Positions 23,254-37,400 of a DNA stretch of 64,000 nt are shown one piece after another. Below the pieces are notes generated by a model. That model did no database searches. It was given only the letters and a program-made list of their open reading frames with translations, and was not told the origin of the DNA. How positions within the stretch are numbered: the stretch's first letter is position 1; each line of letters begins with the position of its first letter. The DNA is from Haplodiscus bocki (taxonomy: Eukaryota). Both the position numbers and the translations under genes were made by a program. The DNA is taken from positions 5,456,001 to 5,520,000 of the forward strand of contig OZ296653.1 in assembly GCA_965655095.1 (NCBI GenBank). Direction: 5' to 3'.

Positions 23254-25899
23254 ACAATTTCATTCAGAAACTTCAAAATCAGCGGAGATTTTCCAAGAAA
23301 CGCCAGTGACGTGCCGGTATTTTGAAAACACGTCGCTAAGCTAGTCAAAATGCGAGTTTGAAGGAAATATTTCTGAACAAATCTATTAGAGGCTCCCACG
23401 TCTCCAAAATAAAAGAACAGTGGACTCAAAGCACGCCCAACTTCTAATTTTCCCTCTGAAGTGAGCATCGCAAATAAGGAACACCTCAAATTTGGCTGGA
23501 AACAGTTATCTTTATGTTGTAAGTATATTATCACATTGTAAACTGAATATTATTATTACTGGATCCCACCCGAGAATAAAAGCAATATAGCAAGGTCTGT
23601 TGAGGGTGAAATTTTGATACAAAAGTCCGGCGGTATGCGTCGATAAATTTTTGAGCAGTGTCTGGAACCACCGCCAATTTTGTACGAATTAACGGCAACT
23701 GATTTTTTTCACCGGCTTGCATGAAGGTTTTACATAACTGCTTAAACCTTTCAAGATTTTACATGATGATTGTAAAAATTTTCATGCATGACAATTTGAC
23801 TGCTGCAGGGAACATTTCCAAAAATTTCCCATGCAACATGCAAAACCTCAGCGCAGCAGACAGTTTTCCAATTGGAGAAAAAATTCCATCCAGCACGTAA
23901 AAGTTCCATGCACGTTTTCCGATGATACGTGCAATCAAAATTTTGTTATGCTTATTTTTTCATTTCGCAGATTTTCTTTAGTGGTCCCTTGAAGGTTTCA
24001 TATGCAACATATGTTTCTCATCAGGGTCAAATAGGTCATTGTAACAATCTCTCGCCAATTTTTTGATCGCAAAATAAAAACTACATAGATAAACTGGAAA
24101 AAAAATGTTGCAGGGTGAACAGTAAAACTAATTTATTGAAACTTTCAATTCCCTCCATAATTACGAGTTCTCGTAAACTTAACGTTCCAAGTTTCTTTTT
24201 ATGTTTGATGTTTCATGCAGAATTGTCAAATAGCTACCATTACTTTCTTTTAGTAGTGTACACAAATTTTCCGAGGAATGTTATTTTTTTCCACGTAAGT
24301 TTTGTTTGAAGAAATCTTCCATGTTGCTTGGAGGTTTTGTACAGAAAAATTCATGCGATATGTCTGAATTTACCACCTTTTGAAAAAAAAATTAGCTGCA
24401 TTCAACATGTAAAACTTGCATGTAAGGTGGACTAGAGGCCGACACATCTTTATCGTAAAAAGACTTTCGGGTAAAAGTTCAACTTTTGCTTTGTTTCGTC
24501 GTTTTCCAAATGCTCCATAGCTTCAGCTTTTGTCTTTTTCAAAGCAACAAGTGAAGTTAATCAAAAGCACCAGATCGGATTCACGAAGGCTCCTACTTTC
24601 AAGACATGGAGTCGTTATTTTTCCCTGGAAAAATTAAATCAAGAAATTGAAGGTCAACTAGAACAACGGCCTTACAGCTTTGCGATTTTTACTTTCATTA
24701 CCGTCAATTTTGGAAAATTGGCCCAAAATATCGAAGCACAAGAATTTCAGATAATTCACTTTTTCAATTCCGAACAACTGAAAAAAAATGCGAAAATGAA
24801 ACAATTTACAATTGAAAATGAAGATAATTCATCTGGTCAAAATACTAATCCAGCGGTTAGACCAAAGATATTGAAAAGTACGATTTTTCATTTTCCGAAA
24901 AAAATCAGGAATCTTTTTCAATGGAATCGACATACAATCTGTGAAGAACTTTTCTGGCTGAAGTAAATTGGATTGGACAAACACCAAAATGTGAATGGAC
25001 ATGCATTACCATACATTTGGAAGTTTCGGAGAAAACAAAAAATCTCAGAGAGACTTTCATTGGAATCAATCAAAATACAGTCGCTTTCGACTGAAGCGCC
25101 GATGATGCAAATCGAATAACAGTTTACTATCAAGTTCATTTACACAACATTTTGAAATATGATGAATAGTTGAACGTAGTGAACGAATGACGGTGAGCTA
25201 TACAAACAGTGTGGAAGAAGGTCCATGTTACCAACGTCCGGTCTGGCAATTTTCAACGTTATACCTAAAATCTTTCGCCTTATCTTCGATATTAATAATA
25301 CTGATTCATCATTCAAGTTTTGATGGCTGTCTACATAGCACGTTCTAGTATGCGTCCTTTATTTTAGGAAGGTGCCAAATTTATCTTACAATAAAAGCTC
25401 TGGGCCAATATTATTTGATATTTAACTTTGGGTGCACCGGAACGAAAGCACCGTGCTCACTCGAAAAAGTTTGTAGACATACTGGATTGCCACCCAAATT
25501 TTTCATTAAGAAAGTTATAACTCAAGTCATTGCAATTTGAAAGGCAGAATCACCCGCTGTGAGGTGAATACCGGAACACCTGATAAAAAAGTTTTCAAAA
25601 CGTACTCAAAATACAACTAGTTATCAATTGTGCCTTTCGGTGCACGAAAATTTCCCCAGCGAAGTTTTTTCGACCACAGCTCCAAATATTGATTAACATT
25701 TGCTTACTTCTTTAGCCTATTTCTAAACCGGAAAAAATTCAAAAACACCGGAAAAACTAACTCGGACTAACAATCTCCTGCGGTGCCACACTTTTTTTTG
25801 AAAAAAATAATAGATAACCAATCAACTAGGCTTTGCTGAGTTGCATTATGCTGCTATTGCATTTGATTTTATCCAACAGACGCTCCAGGCAGCGACAGA

Positions 25900-28800
25900 A
25901 TGGATAGACTCAAGCAAGACGCAAAACGACCACTATGGAGAAGGAAAAACTTGGAAGAACGACAGTTGTAAAAACATTCACGATTTTCCAAATGCAAGTC
26001 GAGTCCAGGCAAAAAGGCCACAAGTCATTGAAAAGAAAACAAATTCAAGGAACGACCAAAGAAAACACGTTTTCGATTTTTCAATCACAGAAGACAATTC
26101 ACCCAGTGAATTACAGAAAAAGTCCTCCAAGACCATCAAAAGAGACACAAGGCCGGAAATGATGAAATCAGCTCTGGATGGAGCCAATCCGACCATTTGT
26201 CCTTAAAAAAACCATGCTGAAGAAAACGTCTTTGATTTTCCAATAGAAAGGAAAAAACTTCGCAATAAAAATCAACGCCATTCATAACGAACAATTTACA
26301 ACATCTCTCGAAATGATAGATAACAATGGAACTGAATTGAACGCTCCGAGCGGCACCAGAGACATGAATTGAAAACGGGGGAATAAAGTCTTCTGTAGCT
26401 ACATTCTCGGAAATCTGCAGTTATATGCTGTTGGAAAAAGTGGTTTATCCCGACTGCGATACACTTTTTTATCGCAAGTGTAACACAGAGGCGGAGCTAC
26501 GCTATTGAAAACTTCCCACGAACCAATTATCAACTCTTGGTGTCAAATTCTTCTGATTACCAACAAAAGATGAAGTCTTGAGCTTCCAAGAAATTTCCAT
26601 AGAACAAGACAGGTAAAACCTCCACCTGTCTGGAATTCTACTTGCTGATTGTTTGAAGCATGCCGCAACGAGCCGGACATTAACAGAAGTTTTCGACAAA
26701 AACATTTAGGGTACGTGCAACCGAAGGAGATTCCAATGACAGTTCAACGACTACGAACAGAAGCATGAAAAAAATCATTCCTGCTGCTAAACAGAACCTC
26801 TGAGCTACAATTAGGTGAACCTAAAACCATGAACAGTTATCAGACAAAACAAGTTCCTCGAAAGAAGCACGTAAAAACTTTTCTGGTTTTTCAATTACAG
26901 TCAAAATTTTCCACCGTAAGTGTACAAAACAGGCTCTTCCTGCTAAATCAAAGGCAGATTAAATAGCGATTTTTCAAATAGCACGCAAATTAGCGTTCCC
27001 TAAAGGCAACTGAACCAATGGTTCCCTAGGAAAAACCTTTCGACGACAAACGAACAAAAACCATCGTTCCCAATTATCATTTAGATCAACTCATTGAGAA
27101 CAAACTACGAGGAACCTGGGCAAAATAGACAAGCGCTGGATGAACCCAATCCGGGCAATAATGCTCCAGTGGAACAGCTTTCAAATGACAACGCAAGGAA
27201 AAGGTTGTATGATTTTCCAGTTACAAGTCAACAAGTGTCAAGAACGTTCCGAAACACGGACGCAACCTGACAACAAGTGGGATAAAGACAAGTCTCCGCA
27301 AGGGAAAAAAGATCGATTAGCCGATGACAAACTAAACTGTTGCGCGTTAAGCAAGACGAGCAGGCACTCCCTGCTGAAACACTTAGACATTAACTGAGTC
27401 ACATGATGCTGCTATTGAGTTGTTTTCAAATCAACAAAACTCCAGGCAGTGAGTGAATGAAAAACTAAATTGAGGAACAAGGAAAATGAAAGCATCTTCC
27501 GTTCTTCATTTAAAAAGGGAAAATTTCTCAAAAAACAAGAAGGCGTTCCAAGCTGTACTTCAGAAACTGCGGGCTGGAAATAGTGGAATGGCAGCTGGCA
27601 GGCGGCAATCTCAGAAGAAGTCATTGAAAAAACTAACTTGAAAGAACAGCGAAAGTGAAATATATCGTCGATTTTTAACATTGACATAAAATGGGTGAGA
27701 GCGTAAAAGTTTCGGAAGAATAAACTACGTATCACTCAACTTTACACGTGCCTCTGCGAACGACACAAAGCATAACAATGTCAAAAAACCAAGACCGAGA
27801 AAAAATGAGCTGAAAGACGACAAGGACTAAAGGATTATACGTTGCTTTTGAATAGTTCCGAGCCTTTGAAGCCAAGTCACTTTGGTTGGAAAAAGCCAAA
27901 AAAATTGGCTACCAGCCAAATGTCTTTTCATAGTCAAAAATTAAGATTTATCGACAAACATGAAAATGATGAAAAAAAATTAACGTCAGCGATAAAGGAC
28001 CTGATTCTGGATGGTTGTCATTACTGACCGCATATGACCATCGTGACCACCATTCCGAAACGAAAGAGCTCGTTCTTCAGTTGCAAGACAAGTTCATCCA
28101 ACTACTCATCTTGTCCGAGTTGCAATCAAATACACTCATCCGTCGATCGCTATCACAAAAAAATGCAAAACATCGCTTCGCAAAGCTAGCAAAACGAATT
28201 TTTCTGAACAGCACTATCCATAAATAAGCGGAGAAACGTTCTGTTAAAAATCATTACAAGGAATTTTCCCAAAAAGGGAGAAGTTCCGAGTGAAAGTGCG
28301 AGTTCGTGTGAAAAAATCTTGGAAATGTCAACAACTGATCGATTTTCATAACAAATGAGCTTTTTGGTTCAACTGCGAAAACTATACCAATCAAAGGCAC
28401 CTGAGGGCATGCGAAGGCCTGCTCCTGGTCCAAAGAAAACGTTGATTTCACATGAAAGACCTTCGAAAACCTTATTCGGAGCAATGGCGCGTGAGTTTCT
28501 TTCTCAGCTGATGTAGTTGTAGCCAAAACGATGATTTGGAATGCGGACGAGCAAGATTTTGAAAAAAACTTCGACAGTTCGTTCCTGACTTTGGCGCACC
28601 ATAGAAACACTTTTGGTTGAAAAATTCTATCTTTCTAAAATTGAAAGAGTCTAACTTCAGCTAGTAGCGTAGTCGAAAGAACATTTGGAAAGCAAAACAG
28701 CAAAATTATTAGAAAACCGTAGAATAACTACTTTAACGGACTAAAACGTTTTCAAGCAGAAAATAACATTTGAAAAGTATCTTAAAAGTATGACTTCTTT
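25900..28800 (+). mobile_element. Highly decayed LTR retrotransposon (Bel/Pao-like integrase region)
   Basis: Integrase Zn-finger-like ..HDHRDHHSETK.. and W.F....AP..G-like traces at about 28.0-28.4 kb; very degenerate. Confidence 0.4.
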
Positions 28801-30499
28801 CATTCGTTTTCAATGCACGGGTGGCCGAAAATCTGGAAAAAAAGGCAAACAAGCGATAGTTCCGCAGATTTCAAAAGCAGCACATTCTCAATCACACTAA
28901 ACCTCCGGAAAACATCAATAAAGATCTACCGTGGAAATTCCTGCTATACTTATAATTCGTTGTGCATTCGTATTTGTTTAATCCCCTGGCTTGAAAAAAA
29001 TGGAAGATAAAAGTGCGAATATTCTGGGGAATTTGGATATTAGTAAAAACTGACCCACTTCATGCTTTCAAAAAAGCCACTAGAATACTCGAAAGAGCAA
29101 AAATTCGAAAGTTATACTTTTTTGTCTACGTTTGTGCTTGGACGAAAATCGGGAGAAAAGCCACCTCTGGCCCACGTTAGTTGTTAACGAAAACAACGGA
29201 CGCCAAAGTCACGTTGGTTTTGTTCAAAATACATGCTTCGCAGCAAAGAGCATTCTGACCTTGGGCTCACGGGCAACACCATGTTGAAAAAGTAAAGACA
29301 AAAGAAGAACGAAGACACATACATCGAAGATAAAACGTTACATCATTCGCAGCATATTTATATATCGAATCATTTTGAACTCGGAAAATGAAGCTAACTT
29401 TCAAATTTCATTCACAGAATGCGAATCTTCAAAATATTTTACACAAAGTGTCTGGAAATTATCCACAATGTAGCCCGAGACACTGGTTTTCAAACATAAT
29501 TGGCAGTTGATTCTTCACACTTGCAGATCCTTCATCCACGCAAAAACCTAAGATAGGTAGGGGGTAGGGGATTTTTTATAGTCGCAAAATCAATTTAGCA
29601 AGTTTAAAAGGAACAGCTTCCCCAAATGAACCTTTGCGGAACAGCCGTAACTAGAAGGAAAATGCTTGGATCTATAAGCGAAAACAGCTTCAAATACTAG
29701 CCAAGCATTCTCTGGTAACTTCCAACAAATCGGATCATTGCTTAGGAGGAAATTGCCGAAAACAGGAAAACTAGCCGTTCCGAAGGTCTAATCATCCAGG
29801 ACAAAATTTTTGATACCCTAAAACTTCTGCGATTAGGCTAATCAGACACAGCATCAAAACTGGGTTCGCAGGTTTATTTCTATCCAGTTCGGACCAGAAC
29901 TGGCAATTTGAGCGAAATATTAGTAACTTGAATAACCGAATTTCGGGGTGTACGTTTGGAATTATCGTACATCATAGTGCCACATGTTCAGACTATAGTA
30001 GCAACCCAAGCGGCTTGGATCAGCGTTCCCAACGGTTGGCGAAATTCCAGTCAATTCTAACAAGTTTCCACCAAGAAATAGCCAAAAAACATCAAAAAAA
30101 CTCAGTTTTTGTCTATACTCCAAAAAGCAAGGTCTTCCGGAACCACAACTCAAGGAGTGAACCACAAATTTTCGCCACTCTGTGAACCCAATTTGCCATT
30201 TCAAACCGAGCCTGCAGCACGACAATGTCTATCTCTCACACAGCAAAAAATGCTGAAATCACAGTAGAGACCCGCTCAACCCTAGGAAAAGCCGAAATTT
30301 CAAAAAGCTTCCAGTGAACAAAGCATTGGACCGGATACCCGAAGTTCGCGATAATGTTTTGAGCAACAGAACCCTGGTCTTCAATTATGAGGTCATTCAA
30401 TTTCCTTTCCGGGAAGAAGCAGTATCCCAAGATTCAGAGCAGCATGGACGAGACCCTCTTGGAGGAATTGCTAACAGTTTGGGAGACAAAATCCAACGA

Positions 30500-33400
30500 T
30501 AGAGATTGAACACAGAGCCAATTTCGGACCACTAAATTGTTGGAGCAACCCTCTCAAAATCCACAAGGCAACTAGCACCAAAGCAGGAACGAAGCTAGTT
30601 GCAGCTTGGAAAACTAGTGGAAAAAAATGATTTGGCTAGCGATCAAGTTGAAACATTGTGGGAAAGGATTACCAAAAGTCTTCAAACTTTACGACAGCAG
30701 AAGCTGTCATTACCTACTGCCAGCGAGCACAAAGGATCTGCAGATCAGAGTCTTATCAGACGGAATCTCAGCCGCTGGAACTTTCTGAAAGCTGTCAGAC
30801 TAGAAAAGCAGGAAACTGAGAAAGAGTGGTTGGTGACCCAGTATCTGAAAGGATATGATCGTGCTTTCATCCTGAAAAAGAAAGTAGAGAGGCAGCAGCC
30901 TGAGTGCATTCTCCAGCTACTCTAAAGGAGGTTTCGAGTTTGAGTTCATGGCATGCAAACAAGTGTTGCTTTGAAAAACGGTAATATGAGTAGGATGAAA
31001 CCTTCAAGTGGTACTCTGACAAAATAGAAGACTTCGGAAAAGGGTTCTCAGCCGACCCCCACTGTTACACGGCATTGTGGGAACGTGCAGCAATTCCTGC
31101 AGGGAGTACGGTAAACAGAGCTCGAAAAGAAACTTGCCGCAGAATTCGCAGGTGAAAGGTAGTCAGAGCAAATCCCTGCAGTTGAAGACGAAGCATTTTG
31201 CCAAGGAACTTCTGAGAATGAGGCATAGTAAAATCAGGGATAGTAGTAAAAATAGTTTCACACCCGGCGTAAAAATCTTTCAAAGAATCACCTCAAAACC
31301 GGGTTCCAAGTTCTCATGCGACACAGCCTGTACCTGCAGAGCCCCACCAAATCCAGCACGGCGAAAGAGCGTATCCATCTCACTCACCAGATAGTCCATC
31401 ACATTCACCAAACAGACAAACTGCAGTGGCGCCTTAATGAACCTACAGGAGCGCAATGAACAACTGCGAAGACGCTTGAAATCGGGGCAACTATCGACAA
31501 ATGGTACCAAGAATCCGGAATTATTCGTTGTATTGGACAACAGCTTCTCAACGCCTGGTTCAGTGTGCGGAACATTTCAGACATAAATGAAACCTGAAGA
31601 CGAACAAGCAACAATTTCATTCCAGAAGTACTCAGCACGTACAGCATCTGTACAGACCCGAACCTGACGAGTCATCTTGAAATGAGACGACGAAGAGTTT
31701 GTACCTACAACAGCTCCAACTGAGACAAACAATGGATTCGCCTGGTGTTAGGCGGACTTGTGAGTAAGCAACTGCAAGTGAGAGGGATTGATTTGAAAAG
31801 AGCCCAGCTGTCCTGTATACAGTGTTTGCAAAAAGCTACTCCTTGGGGAAGGGAAAACATGGACGATTGAAAATCCAGACGCAGCAAATCTGACCTGGAG
31901 AGTGACATAGGCCTTAAAGCAAAGTTGCGGATGATGCTCTCCATCAATGATGAAGCCCTGCTCATTGATGGATTTGTAGACGAAGCAAGCTCATTGAGAT
32001 TTACGAAAATAGATTGGCAGAGACTAGCTCTGGAATATTATTGCCCCGTGAAGTCCAAGGGCATCAATTTGTGCGCTGCGAAGTGAGAGGACTCCGAGCA
32101 ATTACTTTCCTAGAAGAACTACTTGGTGTCGGCAAGATAACGCTTGCACACCAACTCCAGACTCCTGGGTAATCAGGAATCCAGGTCGCTAAAGGTCGAC
32201 ACACACGTTGGAACTCGCGTCTATCACCGAGGAAAGGCAACACGAGCATTTCCGTCATATTAGCTGATCCAGTCAGCAGAGTCCGACTTGATGCAACTAT
32301 TTTCCGTTTAATTTTGATGGAGACAGATAACATCATTAGATAAAGGCCCACACCATTCTTGCAGAAGGAGAAAACCTGGAAAAAACTGCAGCGCTGGCCA
32401 AAGTTGAGCGATGTGCGATAGTGAACCACATGTTGAAACTTGAATTCCAATATTCACCAGGAAATGGCATTTTGAATCCGAAAGTCCAAGGAGACTAATT
32501 CAAACTTGAGAAGGAACGAGTCACCGTTCTTGCGCACCAAAAGCCCATCCAGGAACCAAATTCGTCCACACCTGCTGATACCTTCTGAGATCAAGCTGAA
32601 GACAGATTCAACAGGTTGCTACAAGAATATAAGGACAGTTTCATGAGTTAAAGTCGACATTGGGAAATCACATACCTGAACCTTGGAAGAGAGCTGACTG
32701 AAACTGCGATTCCCCACCGCAAATGAGCAAACACGATGGCAAAGGAGAAAGTAATGACCGCTCAACCCTCATAGCTCTGGGATGGTTGAGTTGTTACGCT
32801 GAAAAAGAAAGGAAGTACACTGAAGTTCTGCTGCGGCCTTCGCCAACTAAATGTGACCGTCAAAGATACATGCCCATTGCGCCGCATTGACGAAAATTTT
32901 GCCCATCTAGGACAAGGCAAATAATTTACGACTGTGAATCTTGTATTTGTCATCTGGCAGATACTACTGAAGAGCAAGGAACAGGCGAAAACAGCCTTTG
33001 TCTGTGAATTTGGCCTTTTTGAAAGGCACGGAAATCCTTCACGTTTGTGCAAGGCGAAAGCGGCATTTTAAAGGGCGATGAATCAGACGGACAACTTTTG
33101 GATTTGGTTGCACAGCAACTCAAAGACCAGTTGAGAGTTTTTTGGATTGACCAACTATCACCGGGAGTTTATCAATGACTATTCTGTCAAAGTCCATCCA
33201 AGAGCTGTGATGACGAAAAAAAAAACGCAGCATGCAAATGGACTTCACAGAAGCCGTACAGGAACAAAAAAAACACGTTTTGGGTTTAGTTATTCCGGAA
33301 GGAAATGACTCAGCACGTCCCAATGGAAGTTAGATATTCTAGTGGTGGTTACATTCGTTAAGAAGCACCATCCCTACTTACCAGCGAAGAAATTCGTAGA

Positions 33401-36400
33401 CAGGATAGACAAAAAAGCTTTGCCTTGGCATGATAATATCATGAATCAAAGCATGATAAGACGTTGAATCGTGCTTTATTAGAACAACACATGGCATTTT
33501 TCCACCAGCCCAGGAGCAAGCATGCCAAGGGAAGGATCAGGAGGTCCAACCATTATCTCCGCCGTGAACAACAAATTGCACAAATGGCCGGGAAAAAGAT
33601 TAGATTTTGTTTCCTGTCACAATTTGTGCCCAGACTAAGACAAAAACGGAAACCATAAGCCAATGCCACGAATTGCAATTTGCAATAGTCCTGAGGACCC
33701 ATCAAAGCAGGTATACAGGACGAAATTCGGAAACACTTTCTTTCCGGAAAATTCTCTGAAAAAAAACCTGGGGAGCCACAGCCACAAAAAACAGATCACT
33801 GCACGTTTGCTCACTTCGTTTGGGACGCAAATAAGACAGATGACCGATTTTGGTGTTCTCCACATGCACCAACCCAAAGCATCGAAATTATTAACAACGA
33901 ATCATACAACTGACAAGATAAAGTCATTTCCGCCATTTTAGCAGAACACGCAAGTTAATTCAGCAGGCATTTGCAAAGAACTCGGCGCGCTGACACCACC
34001 ATGGAAACCTTCAAGTTGATCTCGAAACATTCGCTTAAAAAATTCAATTTTCACTTTGATGCTTCAGTTCAGGTGCCACCCAGATTGAGCCGAAGGACAG
34101 TCACACTTCAAATATTTCGATCGGATATCATTGGACGGCACCATTCTGACTTTCGGCACGGTGGTTGCAACAAAGTGGTAACTCAAACCCGGAACTTCAT
34201 ATTTGCGCAACCTTTAGCACCCTGTAAACAAAACGATTGCCTCTAGTCCCTGTAAACTTGCAAAGAAAAGCGACACACAAGAAACTCCACGAGCTTCGCT
34301 GTGACAAACACTGTTAAGGGAAATTTCAACGAGTTATTGTACGTCTATCATCTACCGATTTGGAAAAAGAGGAATGGTGATGATTGTTGAGATTTAGAGA
34401 TCATTTTAGTAACACTGCAGAGCCTGTCCCCTGCTGACCAGATGAACATACAGCGCAAAACACTGATAACCACCAGTCAAATTGAAAGTTGGGTTAACAG
34501 CGCCCAAATTAACGAGGACATCACAAAAGGCTGATTTCATCCGTGCCAGATCATTCAACTGTGAATCTTCCAGAAACCAAAGGAAAAATGAAACGCCAGA
34601 AAAGATCGCTTTTGAACTTGCTCTCGGTGTACTGAATCGAAGAAACTAGGAATGGCTGATGACTTGACGACGTTTTGGGGGCTTGATACAGAACGCTTCA
34701 TGCATCGATCGGATTCTCGTCCCACATAGTGATGCCCGGACGGAAGAGGTCCATCCCATTCACGTATGTTTATTTTTCATTCACTGCGAAGAGTTCGATT
34801 CACATCAAGTGTACATCGCGGATCTGATACAAAGTCAACAAGAAGTAGCTCGAAAAACTTGCAGCAAGCACAGTTGCGCCACAAGGAGTTCAATCACAGC
34901 ATTGAGGAAGAAGCAATCTGACAAGGCAATATATCTAAGGTTTTGTCGAACGATCACAAAAGGAGGTACAGCGAAACCAATATACTCCTGGCAGGAACCA
35001 TTGTTGCCGATAACACGATGGAGGAGGGAAGACCGTACGTTTTGTTGAACAGCTAAAAAGACTACTTCGAACGTGTCAAGCCATCCAACAGCCACCCAAT
35101 TCAATCAAAAGCCGATGACAAGAAGTACGCATGTGACGTCTCAAACCCACTTCCAGAAGATTCAGCAGAAACCATCGATAGTTTCATTCAGGATGAATCG
35201 ATATGAAAAAAGGATGAAAATGAGCCTGACGACTCCTTTTGGGAATTATCTTCCCCCAGTGGATTTTCTTCCCCAATCTTCGGGATTCCCAGGAAAAGCC
35301 GGGCACAATTTCTTAGAAGAGAACACTCGGAAAATTTCTCGAAATGATGACATCATTGATTTGACGGACAAGCAAGACAACCGTTTGGATTGTAGCCCTC
35401 AATTAGAGCCCTTTGTTACCACTGCTGAGCCAACCCCGCGAAGACTACCTTCACGTTACTTAAATCAAACCCGAGAAGACTTCTTTCAAAGAAAATCGGT
35501 GTCACGAAAAAAAAAACTCGTTCAACTGTTCATCATCGTGCATCTGTAGCATCATCAAAACCTCGTACAAAAGAATCTTCTGGCCCATCTTTGTTTCACC
35601 ATGCTGGCAACTCGGATACATCGGATGCGGACATCTCTGGCTTTGACGAGGAGGTCTTAGATCGTGAGAGACGTGCAAATGAAGGTACCCCTAACCATCG
35701 GCCGCCCTCAACTTGTTCCATCAAGGACGCAACCTCGGACGACGACCAACCGGTGCCATGGTACGCTTTCCGCCAGTGTAAACCATGCAGCCGACTTTGC
35801 CCTTGTTGTTCCACAGGATGAGAAAACATGCTCATCACATGCATGACTGTTTCAGGAGTGATCCTCGATTGCTTATCTCCAAGGTGTGTGCCCGGGAGGG
35901 AACCTACCGTGGCCGAAGCAGCTAGAAGCGGAGATAGCACGCTGCTGGAAACACAAAAAAAAGCCAAAAATTCGAAGAGAACACCAAATGAAAACAGTTC
36001 GGCGTACCGCCCAACATTCCTACCGAAGCCTCAAAAACCATCCAACTAAATCGCAGCCAGACGTCACGAAGGCGATATTCGATGTGCAGCTTCAACAATT
36101 GGCTCGAGTCGAAGTCGAGGAATGGAGTATGTTTTGGACACTCCTGAAGCATTCGAAACTCTAACGGACCCTGACCCGACCTACTCCCTACCAAGTCAAG
36201 CAGCTGCCAGCCGAGAACTCTAACGCACAAATGATATAGCTATAACGTTAGGAGAACTAATCGAAGTAGACTCAGGTGCTTGGACTATGATCACTGCAGC
36301 TAACAATCAAGAGCGAGCAGAAAACTTAGAACGAAATCTAGAAAACACTGGCACCACGATTCCTCGAGGAATGGCAATCTCCTTCCACGTGTTGAGGTAA

Positions 36401-37062
36401 GACTTCGCGAGAGAAAAATCAATTCCATTAAAGGTATGCCCCAGTATATTTGATGAAGTCTGGTACCCACTGAGTTATCTTCCGAGTTGCTCGGAATTGC
36501 AAAAATCGAATCGGCATCTCTGTTAACAGAAGCCTGGAACACGTTGGACTCCTATGCAAACGAGACATAGAGGTACGACCCATCAGCCGAAACATTTGGC
36601 CAGAAAAGCATATCTTGGCTCACCACGAGGCACTGGAGTTCTTGGATTCAACCAACATAGCAAAAAAAAAGTTGATTCCATGCATATCGCAACTACCGGA
36701 CCACAAAGGATTCTTTTGGTATCAAGAAGACACTGACATCCCCCTGCTGCAAGTGAGCAAAAGGAATGCCGCCCCTGCCAACCTGAGATCCACATCTGGA
36801 AGTACGAGATCCATATTCAAGGATTTTGGAGATCATCTAATCTTGAATGGAGACAAACAGTGTGGAGAGTCATTCACATTGGACCGGAACATATTCCATA
36901 ATCCAGACAACTTCGACAATGCCTTCTTGCTGATTAGGATTGTCTCGTTAAAGAATAAACCTTTCATGCATGATCTTAGACGAAGCTCCAAAAACACGAA
37001 CGGCCAGATAAAAGCTGCAATTGAACGCAATCAATTTCCAAAACATCGACCAAGAGAGGGGT
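30500..37062 (+). mobile_element. Decayed Ty3/gypsy LTR retrotransposon (gag, RT, integrase, 3' extra region, PPT)
   Basis: RT: VVTLKKKGSTLKFCCGLRQLNVTVKDTCPLRRID and KTAFVCEFGLFE (32790-33025); integrase-like H..RHGGCNK (about 34140); gag-like 30.6-31.8 kb; polypurine tract AAGAGAGGGG (37052-37061) followed by TGTAA. Confidence 0.75.
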
Positions 37063-37067
37063 TGTAA

Positions 37068-37400
37068 TGAAACGGCCGCCTATAACCGGCACAGTTTCTA
37101 AAAATAGTTTTCATCAATTTTTCTAATTTTTTGCAAAACACCTCACAATTAGGCTGAAAAAGACAATATTAGGGATGATATTACTACGCATTCTACAGCA
37201 ATATTGTCACTTCCACCGAATTTAAAAACGCAGGTTTTAGTTCAAAGGTTGTTATTCAACTTTCCTATTCATTAGGGAAATTTTACTATTTCAGTCGCAT
37301 TCTACGGCAAAGTTCAACAATTTGGTATTTAAAAAATTTGATGTTGAGAATCTGAAAATTCTGCCCGGATAATTCGTAAAGATTGTTACGAAAAAACGTT
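37068..37400 (-). mobile_element. Non-autonomous Helitron-like repeat, copy 4
   Basis: Reverse complement of the family end (acggccgcctataaccggca) and core (ttactatttcagtcgcattctacggcaaa). Confidence 0.55.

Noticed and set aside
31660-31700. CTGACGA-GTC...GAC-GAAG resembling a hammerhead ribozyme core
   Set aside because: GAAG instead of GAAA, no convincing stems I/III, and it lies within decayed gag
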